Below, piece by piece: positions 27,728 to 37,944 of a stretch of 64,000 bases of DNA (position 1 is the stretch's first letter; every line of letters begins with the position of its first letter). The stretch is taken from the NCBI GenBank assembly GCA_963836235.1, contig CAWIIP010000004.1:128001-192000 (forward strand). Reading direction: 5' to 3'. The stretch comes from an uncultured Pseudomonadota bacterium (GTDB lineage: Bacteria > Oederibacteriota > Muellerivitia > Muellerivitales > Muellerivitaceae). The position numbers and the translations under genes were made by a program. The notes under the pieces are model-generated. The model was not told the origin of the DNA. It did no database searches and saw only the letters and a list, made by a program, of their open reading frames with translations.

Positions 27728-28701
27728 AAAAGAAAGCCTCTCGTCTTGAATGGTCCATCTCTAGGCTCATTGCACTCTTTGCCGGTTTAAAAAACCCCAT
27801 GACTTTGGAACAATTGGAAAAAAGATTCGGAGTCCGTTATCCAGATTTGATGTTCCTGGAAAAACACTTTTTGGGCCAGTCCGAAGAAATGAGTTCCACC
27901 GGTGACTTTGGTTTTCGCCTTGACATGCAAAAACTCAAGAACGGTCAAACCCTGGTCACCCCGATTGTGCCTACGGTTTTAGAAAGGGCGGTGGGGGTCT
28001 CCAATTCCGAGGCCCAATTGGCGTTGGCGGCTTTAACTTATATTGAGGTTCCCGAACCTCGCCGAAAGATATTAAAGGAAATCGAAACGGATTTAAGCGA
28101 AGCCTTGAAAAAGGTTAAAAACCCAACCAATATCCCATTTTTGTTTTCCCGCCAAAGCCCGCCTTTTCTGGACCCCGAGGGGTTGAAGGTTGCCCAAGGG
28201 GTTCAAGAAGAAACCGAGTTGGAATTCAACTATGAAGGGGCCAACAAATTCGAACGGAAAGTGCAACCTTTAAGCCTACGGAATGACGATGGGGTTTGGC
28301 GGCTTCTGGCTTGGGATTTGGATCGGCAAGGTCTTAGGATATTCAAACTATCCAATATCCAGAAGGTGGTTCCAGGAAAGGGGTTTAAATGGCCGACACA
28401 ACTCGACAAAGCCAAAATCCGCGCCACAGATTTAAGTGTTTACCAACCCAATGGGAAAGAACAAAAGGTGGTCCTTCAAATTCGTAATCCCACACTGGAA
28501 AGGTATCGAAGCTTTTTTCCGAATGTTCGGATCAATAAGAAGGACAATGGTTGGAAAAAAATTTCCATGGTCAGCCAAGACCCGCAGTGGGCCGCAAGAC
28601 TATTTTTACCTGGCCTGGGGGATGTCAAAATCCTTGGGCCGGCGGAGTTTAAGACGGCCTGGTTGGAAGAGATCAAAGCGGTAAAAGCCCTCTACCCCTA
28701 A
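27724..28701 (+). CDS. PafC-like HTH-WYL-WCX regulator
   Basis: RKVQPLSL...WRLLAWD..RQGLRIFKLSNI; W...LGDVKILGP; overlaps the pafB-like stop. Confidence 0.78.
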   Translation: MKKKASRLEWSISRLIALFAGLKNPMTLEQLEKRFGVRYPDLMFLEKHFLGQSEEMSSTGDFGFRLDMQKLKNGQTLVTPIVPTVLERAVGVSNSEAQLALAALTYIEVPEPRRKILKEIETDLSEALKKVKNPTNIPFLFSRQSPPFLDPEGLKVAQGVQEETELEFNYEGANKFERKVQPLSLRNDDGVWRLLAWDLDRQGLRIFKLSNIQKVVPGKGFKWPTQLDKAKIRATDLSVYQPNGKEQKVVLQIRNPTLERYRSFFPNVRINKKDNGWKKISMVSQDPQWAARLFLPGLGDVKILGPAEFKTAWLEEIKAVKALYP

Positions 28702-28790
28702 TTTAACTTTCTTCGGAAATCCTCAAATAACTTCAAAAACTAGCCATGTCCGTGGCGTCTTTCATGATCTCTCTTAAATCAGGGGGGGAC

Positions 28791-29732
28791 ATGAACATCA
28801 AAATTATCGGAATTGGCGGCGGGGGTTGTAACGCCCTTAACTATTTAATTCGTTCCAGGAAACTGAAAGCGGATTTTATCGCCATCAATTCCGACTATCG
28901 CTCCTTACGTCGTTCTAAAGCCAAAAAGAAACTTATCTTAAGCCCTAATTTATTGAACGGTTATGGAGCAGGAGGCAACCCAGATTTGGCTCAACAGGCC
29001 GCATGGCAAAGCGCACAAGCCATTCTAGGCTTGTTTAAAAAACCGGATTGGGTCTGCATCCTGGCGGGATTAGGTGGGGGTACGGGCACTGGAGCGGCCC
29101 CGGTGGTTGCCCAAATTGCCCGGGATGCGGGCATTCAAGTGGCTTCGGTTGTCACCCTTCCCTTTAGACATGAAGGGCCTATTCGCCACGCCCAAGCCCA
29201 AGAAGGTATGGAACTTTTGAAATCCCATTGTGATATCGTCTTGAAATTTTCAAATGACCAATTGAATCTCTTTGTTGACCGCGAGGGGTTGGACCTAAGA
29301 GAAGCCTTTGCCTTAATGGACGAGTGGTTTTCAAGGGCGGCCATGGCGGTGGGAGATCTATTACTCTATCGGCGTATTTTAGGACCTAAGCCTAGTGAGT
29401 GGAAAACCATTTTAGGAAAAGGAAGAAGCCTTTGGGTCGGGACGGGGTCTGCTTCTGGAAACTCGAGGTTTTTAAAAGTCTGTGAAGAGGCAATCCGATA
29501 TCCGATTGTGGAAGAAGTACAACTTTCCAAAGCGAAGAAATGGTACCCCTTGGTGGTGTGCCGAAGCATCACTCTTGGACAGTTCAACGCTATCAATGGT
29601 CATCTTTTAGCTAGAGTGCCTAAAGGGGTTAAGATCATCCCCGGAATTGCTTACGACAAAACTATGAAAAAGGACCAATTGCGTTTATCCCTTTGGGCAT
29701 CAGCGCCGCCAGAGAAGCACAAAAAACTTTGA
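28791..29732 (+). CDS. FtsZ/tubulin-family protein, divergent (no T7 loop consensus, no C-terminal tail)
   Basis: GIGGGGCNA, GAGGNP, GLGGGTGTG, PFRHEG; ATG at 28791 after a G-rich RBS. Confidence 0.85.
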   Translation: MNIKIIGIGGGGCNALNYLIRSRKLKADFIAINSDYRSLRRSKAKKKLILSPNLLNGYGAGGNPDLAQQAAWQSAQAILGLFKKPDWVCILAGLGGGTGTGAAPVVAQIARDAGIQVASVVTLPFRHEGPIRHAQAQEGMELLKSHCDIVLKFSNDQLNLFVDREGLDLREAFALMDEWFSRAAMAVGDLLLYRRILGPKPSEWKTILGKGRSLWVGTGSASGNSRFLKVCEEAIRYPIVEEVQLSKAKKWYPLVVCRSITLGQFNAINGHLLARVPKGVKIIPGIAYDKTMKKDQLRLSLWASAPPEKHKKL

Positions 29733-29780
29733 AAAGGGAAGGTTTCAAGCGGGAATGGAACCACTTCTAGGAGGTTGAAA

Positions 29781-30242
29781 ATGTGGGATGCAAAAGAATC
29801 GGATGAAATGATATTTGATAAATTATTGCGCACTGGACAAAAGGTGAGGACCTTGGAATGGGTCCTAGATGAAGTCGGAAAGAGACCATGGAGCACAGAA
29901 TTGAGGGCTTTGGCAGCTTTTGGATCGCTAACTTTAAGGTTTGATAAGGCGGCTAGGTCATTTGCAAAAACGGTTCTCTCCACCAATCGTTATAATAAAT
30001 GGGCCTTGACTGTCATGTTCGCATACACCCCAAATTCGACCATTGAGGAAATGCCGGAATTTTTTTACAGCAAAGGTTTTTATTTGGACTCTCTTTTGTA
30101 CTTACGCTTGAACCGACTAGGGTTAAAAGCCCCGGCCAGAAGACTTTGGGGTTTCATTGCCCGGTATGGACCAGAAGTGGAAAAGTGGTATTTGTTAAAA
30201 TCCGAGTTTGGGGTGGACAGGCGAGGTGGGCTAAATAGCTGA
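29781..30242 (+). CDS. Hypothetical helical protein
   Basis: RBS AGGAGG upstream of ATG 29781. Confidence 0.6.
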   Translation: MWDAKESDEMIFDKLLRTGQKVRTLEWVLDEVGKRPWSTELRALAAFGSLTLRFDKAARSFAKTVLSTNRYNKWALTVMFAYTPNSTIEEMPEFFYSKGFYLDSLLYLRLNRLGLKAPARRLWGFIARYGPEVEKWYLLKSEFGVDRRGGLNS

Positions 30243-30296
30243 GATTGATAACTTGTTCTGAAATTTATTCAAAAATGAAGACTCCTGAGGGGAATA

Positions 30297-31946
30297 ATGG
30301 GAACCCAGATAAATAATTATAATCTTAAAGACCTCATTAAATTTATTGAGTCAAAAAATGTTGCCGTTCCCGAATTCCAAAGAGGTTTTGTTTGGAGGAC
30401 TAAACAAGTTAAAGCCCTCTTTGATAGTCTTGTAAAAAATTACCCTGTCGGGAGTTTTATTATTTGGAGGACTAAAAAGCAAATTGAGGCCCGTCCGTTA
30501 AGTGGGGATAAACTTCCTAGTTTGAAATATTTGATCCTTGATGGACAACAACGAATGACGAGTATTTACTATTTATACCGGCAAAAAAAATTTAAGGAAT
30601 CAATAAAAGATAGATTTCACGAAACCTGTGAAAACCCCGAGAGAAACCTAATAGATTTTGAAAAATTCGAGATATCCAAAAATGGTGGTGATCAGTCCTT
30701 GGAATACACCAGAGATGGTGACTGCAAGATTGATTATCGAAAATTATTAAGCCGCGTTAAAAAAAGTTACAAATTTCCAGTGGTCGTAATCTCTCTAGAT
30801 GATTATCGTCAGGCCATAGAGGTTTTTGAGAGAATAAACCAAGCTGGAACTAGGATTTCTACTGAGTCTATTTTCTTGTCTGAAACATGGAACAGTCGAT
30901 CCAACATCGGAAAAATTTTAAGGACTAGAAAAAAGAAAAAAACTGGTTCTCTGACAAGAAAAATTGACACTGTTATATTTATACATGTTTTCGCTATCGT
31001 CCTTCAAATTAATAAGTCGAATTCCACGAACTCTAGAATAGAAATAAATATTGGAACACTTAAAAAAATTGCTGATGAAGTAAGAAAAGATAAAAGAGGA
31101 AAATATAAACGGACTTTTGAAGATTGTATTGAATCTGTAGGGCGCGCTTTGCGATTTCTAACTGAGGAATACCGGATAGTCAATGTTAGAGAACTTCCCT
31201 CACAAACAATGATTACGGTTTTGAGTATATTTTTTTATTTTGAAAAATCAGCGACCAGTTTTCAAAAAAAAGAATTGAGGAAATGGTATTGGAGATCGTC
31301 TCTAAGGAATCAATATATTGGGGCTGGATATACCAAAAACATTAATGATGATGCGAAGGCCATGAAGCTGCTTGCCTTAAAAAATATAAAATTAAACATT
31401 CCAAAAGCTTCTCTTTGGAAATTTAACAAAATAGTTGAAGACGGGGATATAAGGTCCGGCAGATCAACCTACCGAAATATTTTCAAACAGGCTCTATGGC
31501 AACAGAACCCCGTATTTATTGACGGCGAGCCAGTCAGCCGAGAGGATAAGGAGACTGAACAACACAAGCCAGAAGATGACCACTTTTTTCCCTACTATTT
31601 GCATAAACGGAGGATGGCCGGTAGTGAAATCAACAATATTTTAAATATTCATTTTTTGAATAGGGATGAGAACAGAACTAAAACCAAAAAATTACCATCT
31701 GAATGGTTGGAAGAAAGGATCGAAAAGGAAAAACCGGACCAAAAGGCCATAGAAAAATATTTTAAAAGTGAACTTTTGCCTTTTAAAACGTTAGGGGAGT
31801 TAAAAAGGTATGAACGTCCATTTATGTTAAAAACCCCAAAAGCTGTTCAAAAACAATTTGAAAAAAATTATGAACGTTTTTTGCGAAAGAGATATGAACT
31901 TTTTCAAAAGGCTTTAATTCGATTACAAGATGGGAAGCAAAAATAG
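30297..31946 (+). CDS. GmrSD-like (DUF262 + HNH-like) type IV restriction protein
   Basis: PEFQRGFVW, LDGQQR, FERINQAG; C-terminal DHFFP...N..N...N. Confidence 0.8.
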   Translation: MGTQINNYNLKDLIKFIESKNVAVPEFQRGFVWRTKQVKALFDSLVKNYPVGSFIIWRTKKQIEARPLSGDKLPSLKYLILDGQQRMTSIYYLYRQKKFKESIKDRFHETCENPERNLIDFEKFEISKNGGDQSLEYTRDGDCKIDYRKLLSRVKKSYKFPVVVISLDDYRQAIEVFERINQAGTRISTESIFLSETWNSRSNIGKILRTRKKKKTGSLTRKIDTVIFIHVFAIVLQINKSNSTNSRIEINIGTLKKIADEVRKDKRGKYKRTFEDCIESVGRALRFLTEEYRIVNVRELPSQTMITVLSIFFYFEKSATSFQKKELRKWYWRSSLRNQYIGAGYTKNINDDAKAMKLLALKNIKLNIPKASLWKFNKIVEDGDIRSGRSTYRNIFKQALWQQNPVFIDGEPVSREDKETEQHKPEDDHFFPYYLHKRRMAGSEINNILNIHFLNRDENRTKTKKLPSEWLEERIEKEKPDQKAIEKYFKSELLPFKTLGELKRYERPFMLKTPKAVQKQFEKNYERFLRKRYELFQKALIRLQDGKQK

Positions 31947-32000
31947 AATGTTAAACATTATTGTCGTGTTCTTGCAGGTTTCGACTCCGGCGGCAAAGAA

Positions 32001-35000
32001 GTGAAAAAAAACCCTCCTGGGATCATCTACTCTGCGACTGATTTGTCCAATTTTCTTGAATGCGAACACTTGACCGCAATGGATCGGATCAATCTAGACC
32101 ATCCCATGAAAAAATCAGTGGTGGATGAGATGGGTTCCCTAATGCAAGAAAAAGGTATCGCTCACGAAAAAAACTACGTTGACCGATTGAAAAAGAAACA
32201 CAAGTCTTTCGTTGATATCAATGAAATTGCCAAGAACAACGAAAGTAAAGCACCTGCCACCTTGGAAGCGATGAAAGATGGTGTAGAAATCATCTATCAA
32301 GCTGCCCTCAATGAAGGTAATTTGGGAGGGTTTTCCGACTTTCTTCGCCGCGTGGATAGGCCCTCTGGTCTCGGTAAATTCTCTTATGAAGTCGTAGACG
32401 CTAAGCTAGCCTACAGCGGTAAAAGCAAATTCTTGATCCAGTTGGCTTTTTACTCTGACTTGGTCACCGGTATTCAAAAACTTCAACCTCATAAGATGCA
32501 TCTGGTTTTAGGCAATGGCACTGAACAGAGCTACCGCGTTTCGGATTACTTCCATTACTACCAAAAGCTCAAGGCTAGATTTTTCGATAGCGTTAGTAAT
32601 CCTACCGCAAATGAAACTTATCCCAACCCCTGTGGGCATTGTGATTATTGCCAATGGAACGATCTTTGTAAGGAACGTAGGATTAAGGATGACCATTTAA
32701 GTCTGGTGGCCAATATTTCCCGTCTTCAAATCAAGCGTCTCAACGGGGTTGGTATCCAAACCCTAGAACAATTGGCCAATAGTAAGGATAAACCAACCAA
32801 ACTTAAGCTGAAAATCCAAGATTCCAGCTTCAAAAGGCTCAATCATCAGGCTTCCTTGCAATTTCGGGCAAGGGAAAGCGGTAAGAGAATATTCGAACTA
32901 CTGGATGAGCAAGAGGATCGCGAAGAAGGTCTTCGGGGTTTTACTCGTCTACCCAAACCCCATTCGGGCGATTTGTTTTTTGATATGGAAGGCAACCCTC
33001 TGGAATTGGGCGGACTGGAATATCTTTTTGGCCTACTTTATTTAAAGGATAAAAAACCTGTTTATAAACACTTTTGGGCGCATAGCAGGGAAGAAGAAAA
33101 AGGTTCTTTTGAGGGGTTCATGGATTTTGTGACTGACCACTTGCAAAAGAATCCAGGTGCCCACATCTACCATTATGCCGGTTATGAAAAAACCGCCTTG
33201 AAGAAGTTGATGTCCCTCCACGCAACCCGCGAATCCCAGGTGGATGATCTATTAAGGCAAGGGAAATTAATCGATCTTTTCCAAGTGGTTAGAGAAGCGG
33301 TAAGGGTTTCCGAACCCCGGTATTCCATTAAAAATATTGAGCATTTCTACATGAAAGACCGCGAAGGGGATGTAACGGATGCCGGGGCCAGTATTGTTTA
33401 TTACGAAAAGTGGAAAATGTTAAAGACCCCCAAATTACTTTCCGATATCAAGGACTATAACAAGGTGGATTTGGACTCAACCCAAAAACTCAGGGATTGG
33501 CTTCTGGAAATCGGTTCGAAGTTTGTGGGGGGGGAAAATGTTACCGATGCGGAACCGGTGGATGCAAAAGAAAGGGTGAAATCCCTAAAAATCATTGAAA
33601 GAGAGGAGAAGATCGAAGGTTATCGAAAGAAACTAATGAGCGGCCTTCCGGCAAATCTTATTGATTGGAATGACGAGGACAGACTGAAAGAATTGACTTT
33701 TCACCTGATGGATTTTCACCGCCGGGAAGCCAAACCCCAATATTGGGCCATCTATGACCGTCAACAGATGACCTATGAAGAGCGATTGGACGATGATCTT
33801 TGCATTGCCGGTTGTGAAATGATCAGCCAAGACCCAGATCCCAATAGCCCTTCTTCTATTCGATATACCTTTCGTTATCCCGAACAGGAGACAAAACTTA
33901 AGGATGGTTCAAAATGTCTAAACATTAATACCTTGGAAAACTTGGGCGAGATTGAGGTGGATTACGACAAAAAAGAAGTTAGCTTTCATCTGAGTAAAAA
34001 CAGGCAAAAACCCGAAAAGGTAATTGATATTGGCCAAGGATGGCCCGTGGATACGAGTAGGCTTGAAGGCACAGTTGAACGGTATGTGGATGATTATCTT
34101 CAATCGTTAGGAGGTGGCGAGAGACGTTATAAGGCGGTTTCCTCGTTTTTAAAAAGGGAAATTCCAAAGATCAAAAGCAGCGCCCATGGCAAGCCGCTTG
34201 TGGATGAAGAACTGGATTCTAAAGCAAGACTCTCCAAGATCGTTGAAGCGGTCCTCAATATGGAAAAGAGTTGCTTGTTTATCCAGGGCCCTCCGGGTGC
34301 AGGAAAAACCTTTACTGGTTCTCGAATTATTGTTGAGCTCATTGCCCAGGGTAAAAAGGTCGGCATTACATCGAATAGCCATAAAGCTATCATTAATTTA
34401 TTAAAAGCCATTGAGGGAGCGGCGAAGGAAAGTGGGCTTAAATTTCGTGGCGTTAAAAAATCCTCTGACGACGAGGATACCCTTCATCTTGGTGAACAGA
34501 TCGAAAATGTTACCGATAACAAAAAGGCCATTGGGAAAATCACAAGTGGATATTGCTCCCTGATTGCAGGAACGGCTTGGTTATTCGCGGACGCTAATAT
34601 TGATCAACAATTGGATTATCTTTTTATTGATGAAGCGGGACAGGTGTCCCTGGCCAATTTGTTGGCCGTGGGTACCAGCGCTAGTAATATCGTGCTTTTA
34701 GGCGATCAAATGCAGTTGGCCCAACCCATTCAAGGAGTTCACCCAGGCCAATCGGGCTTGTCCGCGTTAGATTATCTTTTAGAGGGTAATGCAACAGTGG
34801 CGCCTGAAAAGGGCATTTTCTTGGCAACAACCTTTCGCCTCCATCCGGATATTTGCGAGTTTATCTCAGAAGCGGTTTATGAGGGCCGACTTAAACCTGA
34901 AAAACGGACAACAAAACGAGTGATTGTGCTTGATGGTAAAACCGATCCAGCCCTTGCCCCTTCCGGCATAAGATATGTTCCTGTTGACCACGATGGTTGT

Positions 35001-35426
35001 TCGCAATTCAGCGATGAAGAAATTAAGCGTGTTTCCGAAATATTTAACAGCTTAATGAAGGTGTCTTATATCGACGAAAAAGGCGAAAAAAAGCCAATGG
35101 GCTATGAAAACATTCTGATCGTCTCACCCTATAACATGCAGGTGAACAAATTAACCGATGCTTTGCCAAAAAGCGCCAGGGTTGGAACGGTGGATAAATT
35201 TCAGGGGCAGGAAGCAGAGGCGGTGATCATTTCAATGGCCACCTCCAGCGCGGACTTTCTCCCGAGAAACATTGAGTTTTTATTCAGTAAAAACCGTCTC
35301 AATGTGGCCGTTTCGCGGGCAAAGTGTTTGGCTATATTGGTGGCCAATCCTGCTTTATTAACCATTCCCTGCAAAACTCCTGAGCAAATGGCCTTGGTGA
35401 ATACCCTTTGTTGGGTGGCCCAATAA
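32001..35426 (+). CDS. TM0106-type RecB-like nuclease / RNase H-like / SF1 (DNA2-Nam7) helicase fusion
   Basis: SDFLRR..EVVDAK nuclease, CxxCxWxxxC, FFDMEG, GPPGAGKT, DEAGQ, TVDKFQGQE, NVAVSRAK. Confidence 0.85.
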   Translation: MKKNPPGIIYSATDLSNFLECEHLTAMDRINLDHPMKKSVVDEMGSLMQEKGIAHEKNYVDRLKKKHKSFVDINEIAKNNESKAPATLEAMKDGVEIIYQAALNEGNLGGFSDFLRRVDRPSGLGKFSYEVVDAKLAYSGKSKFLIQLAFYSDLVTGIQKLQPHKMHLVLGNGTEQSYRVSDYFHYYQKLKARFFDSVSNPTANETYPNPCGHCDYCQWNDLCKERRIKDDHLSLVANISRLQIKRLNGVGIQTLEQLANSKDKPTKLKLKIQDSSFKRLNHQASLQFRARESGKRIFELLDEQEDREEGLRGFTRLPKPHSGDLFFDMEGNPLELGGLEYLFGLLYLKDKKPVYKHFWAHSREEEKGSFEGFMDFVTDHLQKNPGAHIYHYAGYEKTALKKLMSLHATRESQVDDLLRQGKLIDLFQVVREAVRVSEPRYSIKNIEHFYMKDREGDVTDAGASIVYYEKWKMLKTPKLLSDIKDYNKVDLDSTQKLRDWLLEIGSKFVGGENVTDAEPVDAKERVKSLKIIEREEKIEGYRKKLMSGLPANLIDWNDEDRLKELTFHLMDFHRREAKPQYWAIYDRQQMTYEERLDDDLCIAGCEMISQDPDPNSPSSIRYTFRYPEQETKLKDGSKCLNINTLENLGEIEVDYDKKEVSFHLSKNRQKPEKVIDIGQGWPVDTSRLEGTVERYVDDYLQSLGGGERRYKAVSSFLKREIPKIKSSAHGKPLVDEELDSKARLSKIVEAVLNMEKSCLFIQGPPGAGKTFTGSRIIVELIAQGKKVGITSNSHKAIINLLKAIEGAAKESGLKFRGVKKSSDDEDTLHLGEQIENVTDNKKAIGKITSGYCSLIAGTAWLFADANIDQQLDYLFIDEAGQVSLANLLAVGTSASNIVLLGDQMQLAQPIQGVHPGQSGLSALDYLLEGNATVAPEKGIFLATTFRLHPDICEFISEAVYEGRLKPEKRTTKRVIVLDGKTDPALAPSGIRYVPVDHDGCSQFSDEEIKRVSEIFNSLMKVSYIDEKGEKKPMGYENILIVSPYNMQVNKLTDALPKSARVGTVDKFQGQEAEAVIISMATSSADFLPRNIEFLFSKNRLNVAVSRAKCLAILVANPALLTIPCKTPEQMALVNTLCWVAQ

Positions 35427-35676
35427 GTAACTCTGAAGCATCCCCGCCGAAACCTATTCCCTCAATTCGTTAAAAATTCATTTAAAGAAGCCCTTTTCTG
35501 CCATGTCCGTGCCGGAGTTTAAGGTATGGATGTTGAAAGACATTGGAATTGGGTGTGGAAAAATGAGTTCTCAAATTGACGAGAAAAATATCCCGAGTAA
35601 GGACCGAAAGTTTCAACTTCGAAATGATTGGTCCGATTGTTTGCGGGTTCCTTTTGCAATTTCTTAAGAGGCTAAA

Positions 35677-36804
35677 ATGATCGACCATGTTGAGGAATAT
35701 TCAGTTGATTTGAACCAGAAACCATTTCGGGTTCTATGTATTGACGGTGGTGGTATGCGTGGTTTGTATTCTCTTTGCGTGCTGGAAGGGTTGGCGAAGC
35801 GGCTAACTCAACCTTTAAATGGCGATGAACTTGACCTGGGTAAGGCGTTTGATTTGGTTGTGGGTACGAGTACCGGAGCTATACAAGCTTGTGGTTTAGC
35901 CGCTGGAATTTCCACTACGAAGATGCAAGAACTTTATGTCAAACATGGACGCTCAATTTTCCCTGACCCCATGCCATCCAAAAAAGGCGGAATATGGTTT
36001 TGGCTTTGGGTTATTAGGCATATTTCAAAACCTTCTGCAAACGCCTCAAGACTTCGAGATGCTCTTTTTGAGGCATTTGGTAAGGAAACATTGGAACAGG
36101 TCTACGGTCGTCGAAAAATAGCTCTTTGCGTTCCAGCTATTCGTGGTTCCAACTTTAAATCACTCGTATTTAAAACACCCCACGGTAATTTTTTCCGAGA
36201 TAAAGAACATAGTTTGGTAAATGTTTGTTTGGCAAGTTCGGCAGCACCTTCTTTTTTCCCACTTCATAAAATTATGGAAAGTCCAAAAGGTGACAAAGAT
36301 GATGTTTTCATTGATGGGGGCCTATGGGCCAATACGCCAGTTTTGGTGGGTTTGGCAGAGGCGGTTCAATTGTCAGGAAATGGTCAAGCCATTGAAATTC
36401 TAAGCATAGGAAATTGCGCTCAACCTTCCGGTGATCCATCTGCCCTTGATGATTGTAATTGGGGTCTTAAAAAGTGGCGGGTGGGAATCGAAATGCTAAA
36501 TGCTTCAATATCAGCCCAAGCAATGGGCCATAAATATATTGCCGAAGTGATTTCAAACGCTTTTTGCAACCTTGGAAAGCGAGTTATGGTTTATCGACTT
36601 CCAGAGACAGCAAAGTCTCCTGATCAGTTCAGCGCTATCGGTCTTGATAAGGCCGATGAAAGAGCAATTCGAACTCTCCGGGCTATGGCTGAATCTGATG
36701 TTGATGAAGCAAATAGTAAGATGGTTCGGTCGCAAGACCCCTTTGTGATTCCATTTAGGGAAATTCTTTCAACGGTTCCTCTAAAAAATGTTAAGGAGGC
36801 TTAA
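35677..36804 (+). CDS. CBASS patatin-like phospholipase effector (CapV-like)
   Basis: DGGGMRG, GTSTG, DGG motifs; directly upstream of the CD-NTase. Confidence 0.88.
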   Translation: MIDHVEEYSVDLNQKPFRVLCIDGGGMRGLYSLCVLEGLAKRLTQPLNGDELDLGKAFDLVVGTSTGAIQACGLAAGISTTKMQELYVKHGRSIFPDPMPSKKGGIWFWLWVIRHISKPSANASRLRDALFEAFGKETLEQVYGRRKIALCVPAIRGSNFKSLVFKTPHGNFFRDKEHSLVNVCLASSAAPSFFPLHKIMESPKGDKDDVFIDGGLWANTPVLVGLAEAVQLSGNGQAIEILSIGNCAQPSGDPSALDDCNWGLKKWRVGIEMLNASISAQAMGHKYIAEVISNAFCNLGKRVMVYRLPETAKSPDQFSAIGLDKADERAIRTLRAMAESDVDEANSKMVRSQDPFVIPFREILSTVPLKNVKEA

Positions 36805-37944
36805 ATGCCTAATTTATCGAACGGGTTTGAAGCATTTTTAAATAAATTGGAACTTCCCCTTGCGGTCGTTCAAAAAATTGAACAGGCCCAAGCAATCATA
36901 GAGGCGGAGTTAAAAAGCGGATTGGAATTATTCTCCGCCAGCAAGCAAGGGGGCGGGGTAAAGATCACCCCGAAATTTATTCCCCAGGGTTCCAAAGTAT
37001 ACCGAACCTTAAATTATCCCTGTCACACTCCACCTCAGCAGGTAGATTTTGATTATGGTGTCTATTTGCCGGTATCGTACCATGCGAATAATGGAGAACC
37101 CTCCATCGCAGCCCTGGAATATTTTGCTCAGGTAGACACGATTTTGGATCGTGTAGCTCGTTCTAGGGGGTGGGTGATTGATCGGTCCAAGAAAACCTGC
37201 ACTCGTCTTATTATTGACAACTTGATTCATATTGATATCCCCCTTTATTCGATACCTGATGTGGAATTTCAACGAATCACAAAGGCAATGGAAAGCGAAA
37301 GGTTAGTGAAGAATTCTCGCGGGGAAACCTTTCAATTTGATAACGAAATTGAATTTTGGGATAACTTCGCTATTGATAAGGTCCTTTTGTGCAGGCGAGA
37401 GGGACGTTGGATTCCGTCCGATCCAAGAAAAATTGCAAAAGCCTTTAGGGAAGCCATTTCAAAACATGGGGAACAACTCCGGAGGGTTTGGCGTTATCTC
37501 AAAGCTTGGCGGGATAATCTATGGCCCAATGGGAATGGGCCATCGTCTATTTACTTGATGTTTGGTGCCCTTAAAACCTACAAAGCCGCAATGTGGCGTG
37601 ATGACATCGGGCTACATTCTGCCCTTCAAGCCTTTTTAACAGCATCCAGTACTAAAGTATTGACCAATGAGGGAGAAGATCTTGCGAAGAACCAAAAACC
37701 GGAAGAACTAGTTGCTCTTGAACGGGCGGCCAACAGTTTTTCTTCCGAATTGGCTCAGGCAATTAATTTGTCCGAAGAAGATGGACGGGCGGAAAGGATT
37801 GTTGTTCAACACCTCGGGAACCGATTTCCGATTCCTGATAAACCAAAAAATCCTGGGAATATGCCTGAACAGGAAAAGATAGACCTTATTCAACGACACC
37901 ATGCCCAGCAACCGGTGGGACGGCCCCATTTCAAGAATGCCTAA
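36805..37944 (+). CDS. CBASS cGAS/DncV-like nucleotidyltransferase
   Basis: QGSKVYRTLN, DFDYGVY, HIDIPLY, SDP, RYLKAWRD. Confidence 0.88.
   Translation: MPNLSNGFEAFLNKLELPLAVVQKIEQAQAIIEAELKSGLELFSASKQGGGVKITPKFIPQGSKVYRTLNYPCHTPPQQVDFDYGVYLPVSYHANNGEPSIAALEYFAQVDTILDRVARSRGWVIDRSKKTCTRLIIDNLIHIDIPLYSIPDVEFQRITKAMESERLVKNSRGETFQFDNEIEFWDNFAIDKVLLCRREGRWIPSDPRKIAKAFREAISKHGEQLRRVWRYLKAWRDNLWPNGNGPSSIYLMFGALKTYKAAMWRDDIGLHSALQAFLTASSTKVLTNEGEDLAKNQKPEELVALERAANSFSSELAQAINLSEEDGRAERIVVQHLGNRFPIPDKPKNPGNMPEQEKIDLIQRHHAQQPVGRPHFKNA

Noticed and set aside
28791-29732. Housekeeping ftsZ
   Set aside because: No dcw context, no C-terminal peptide, T7 loop lost.
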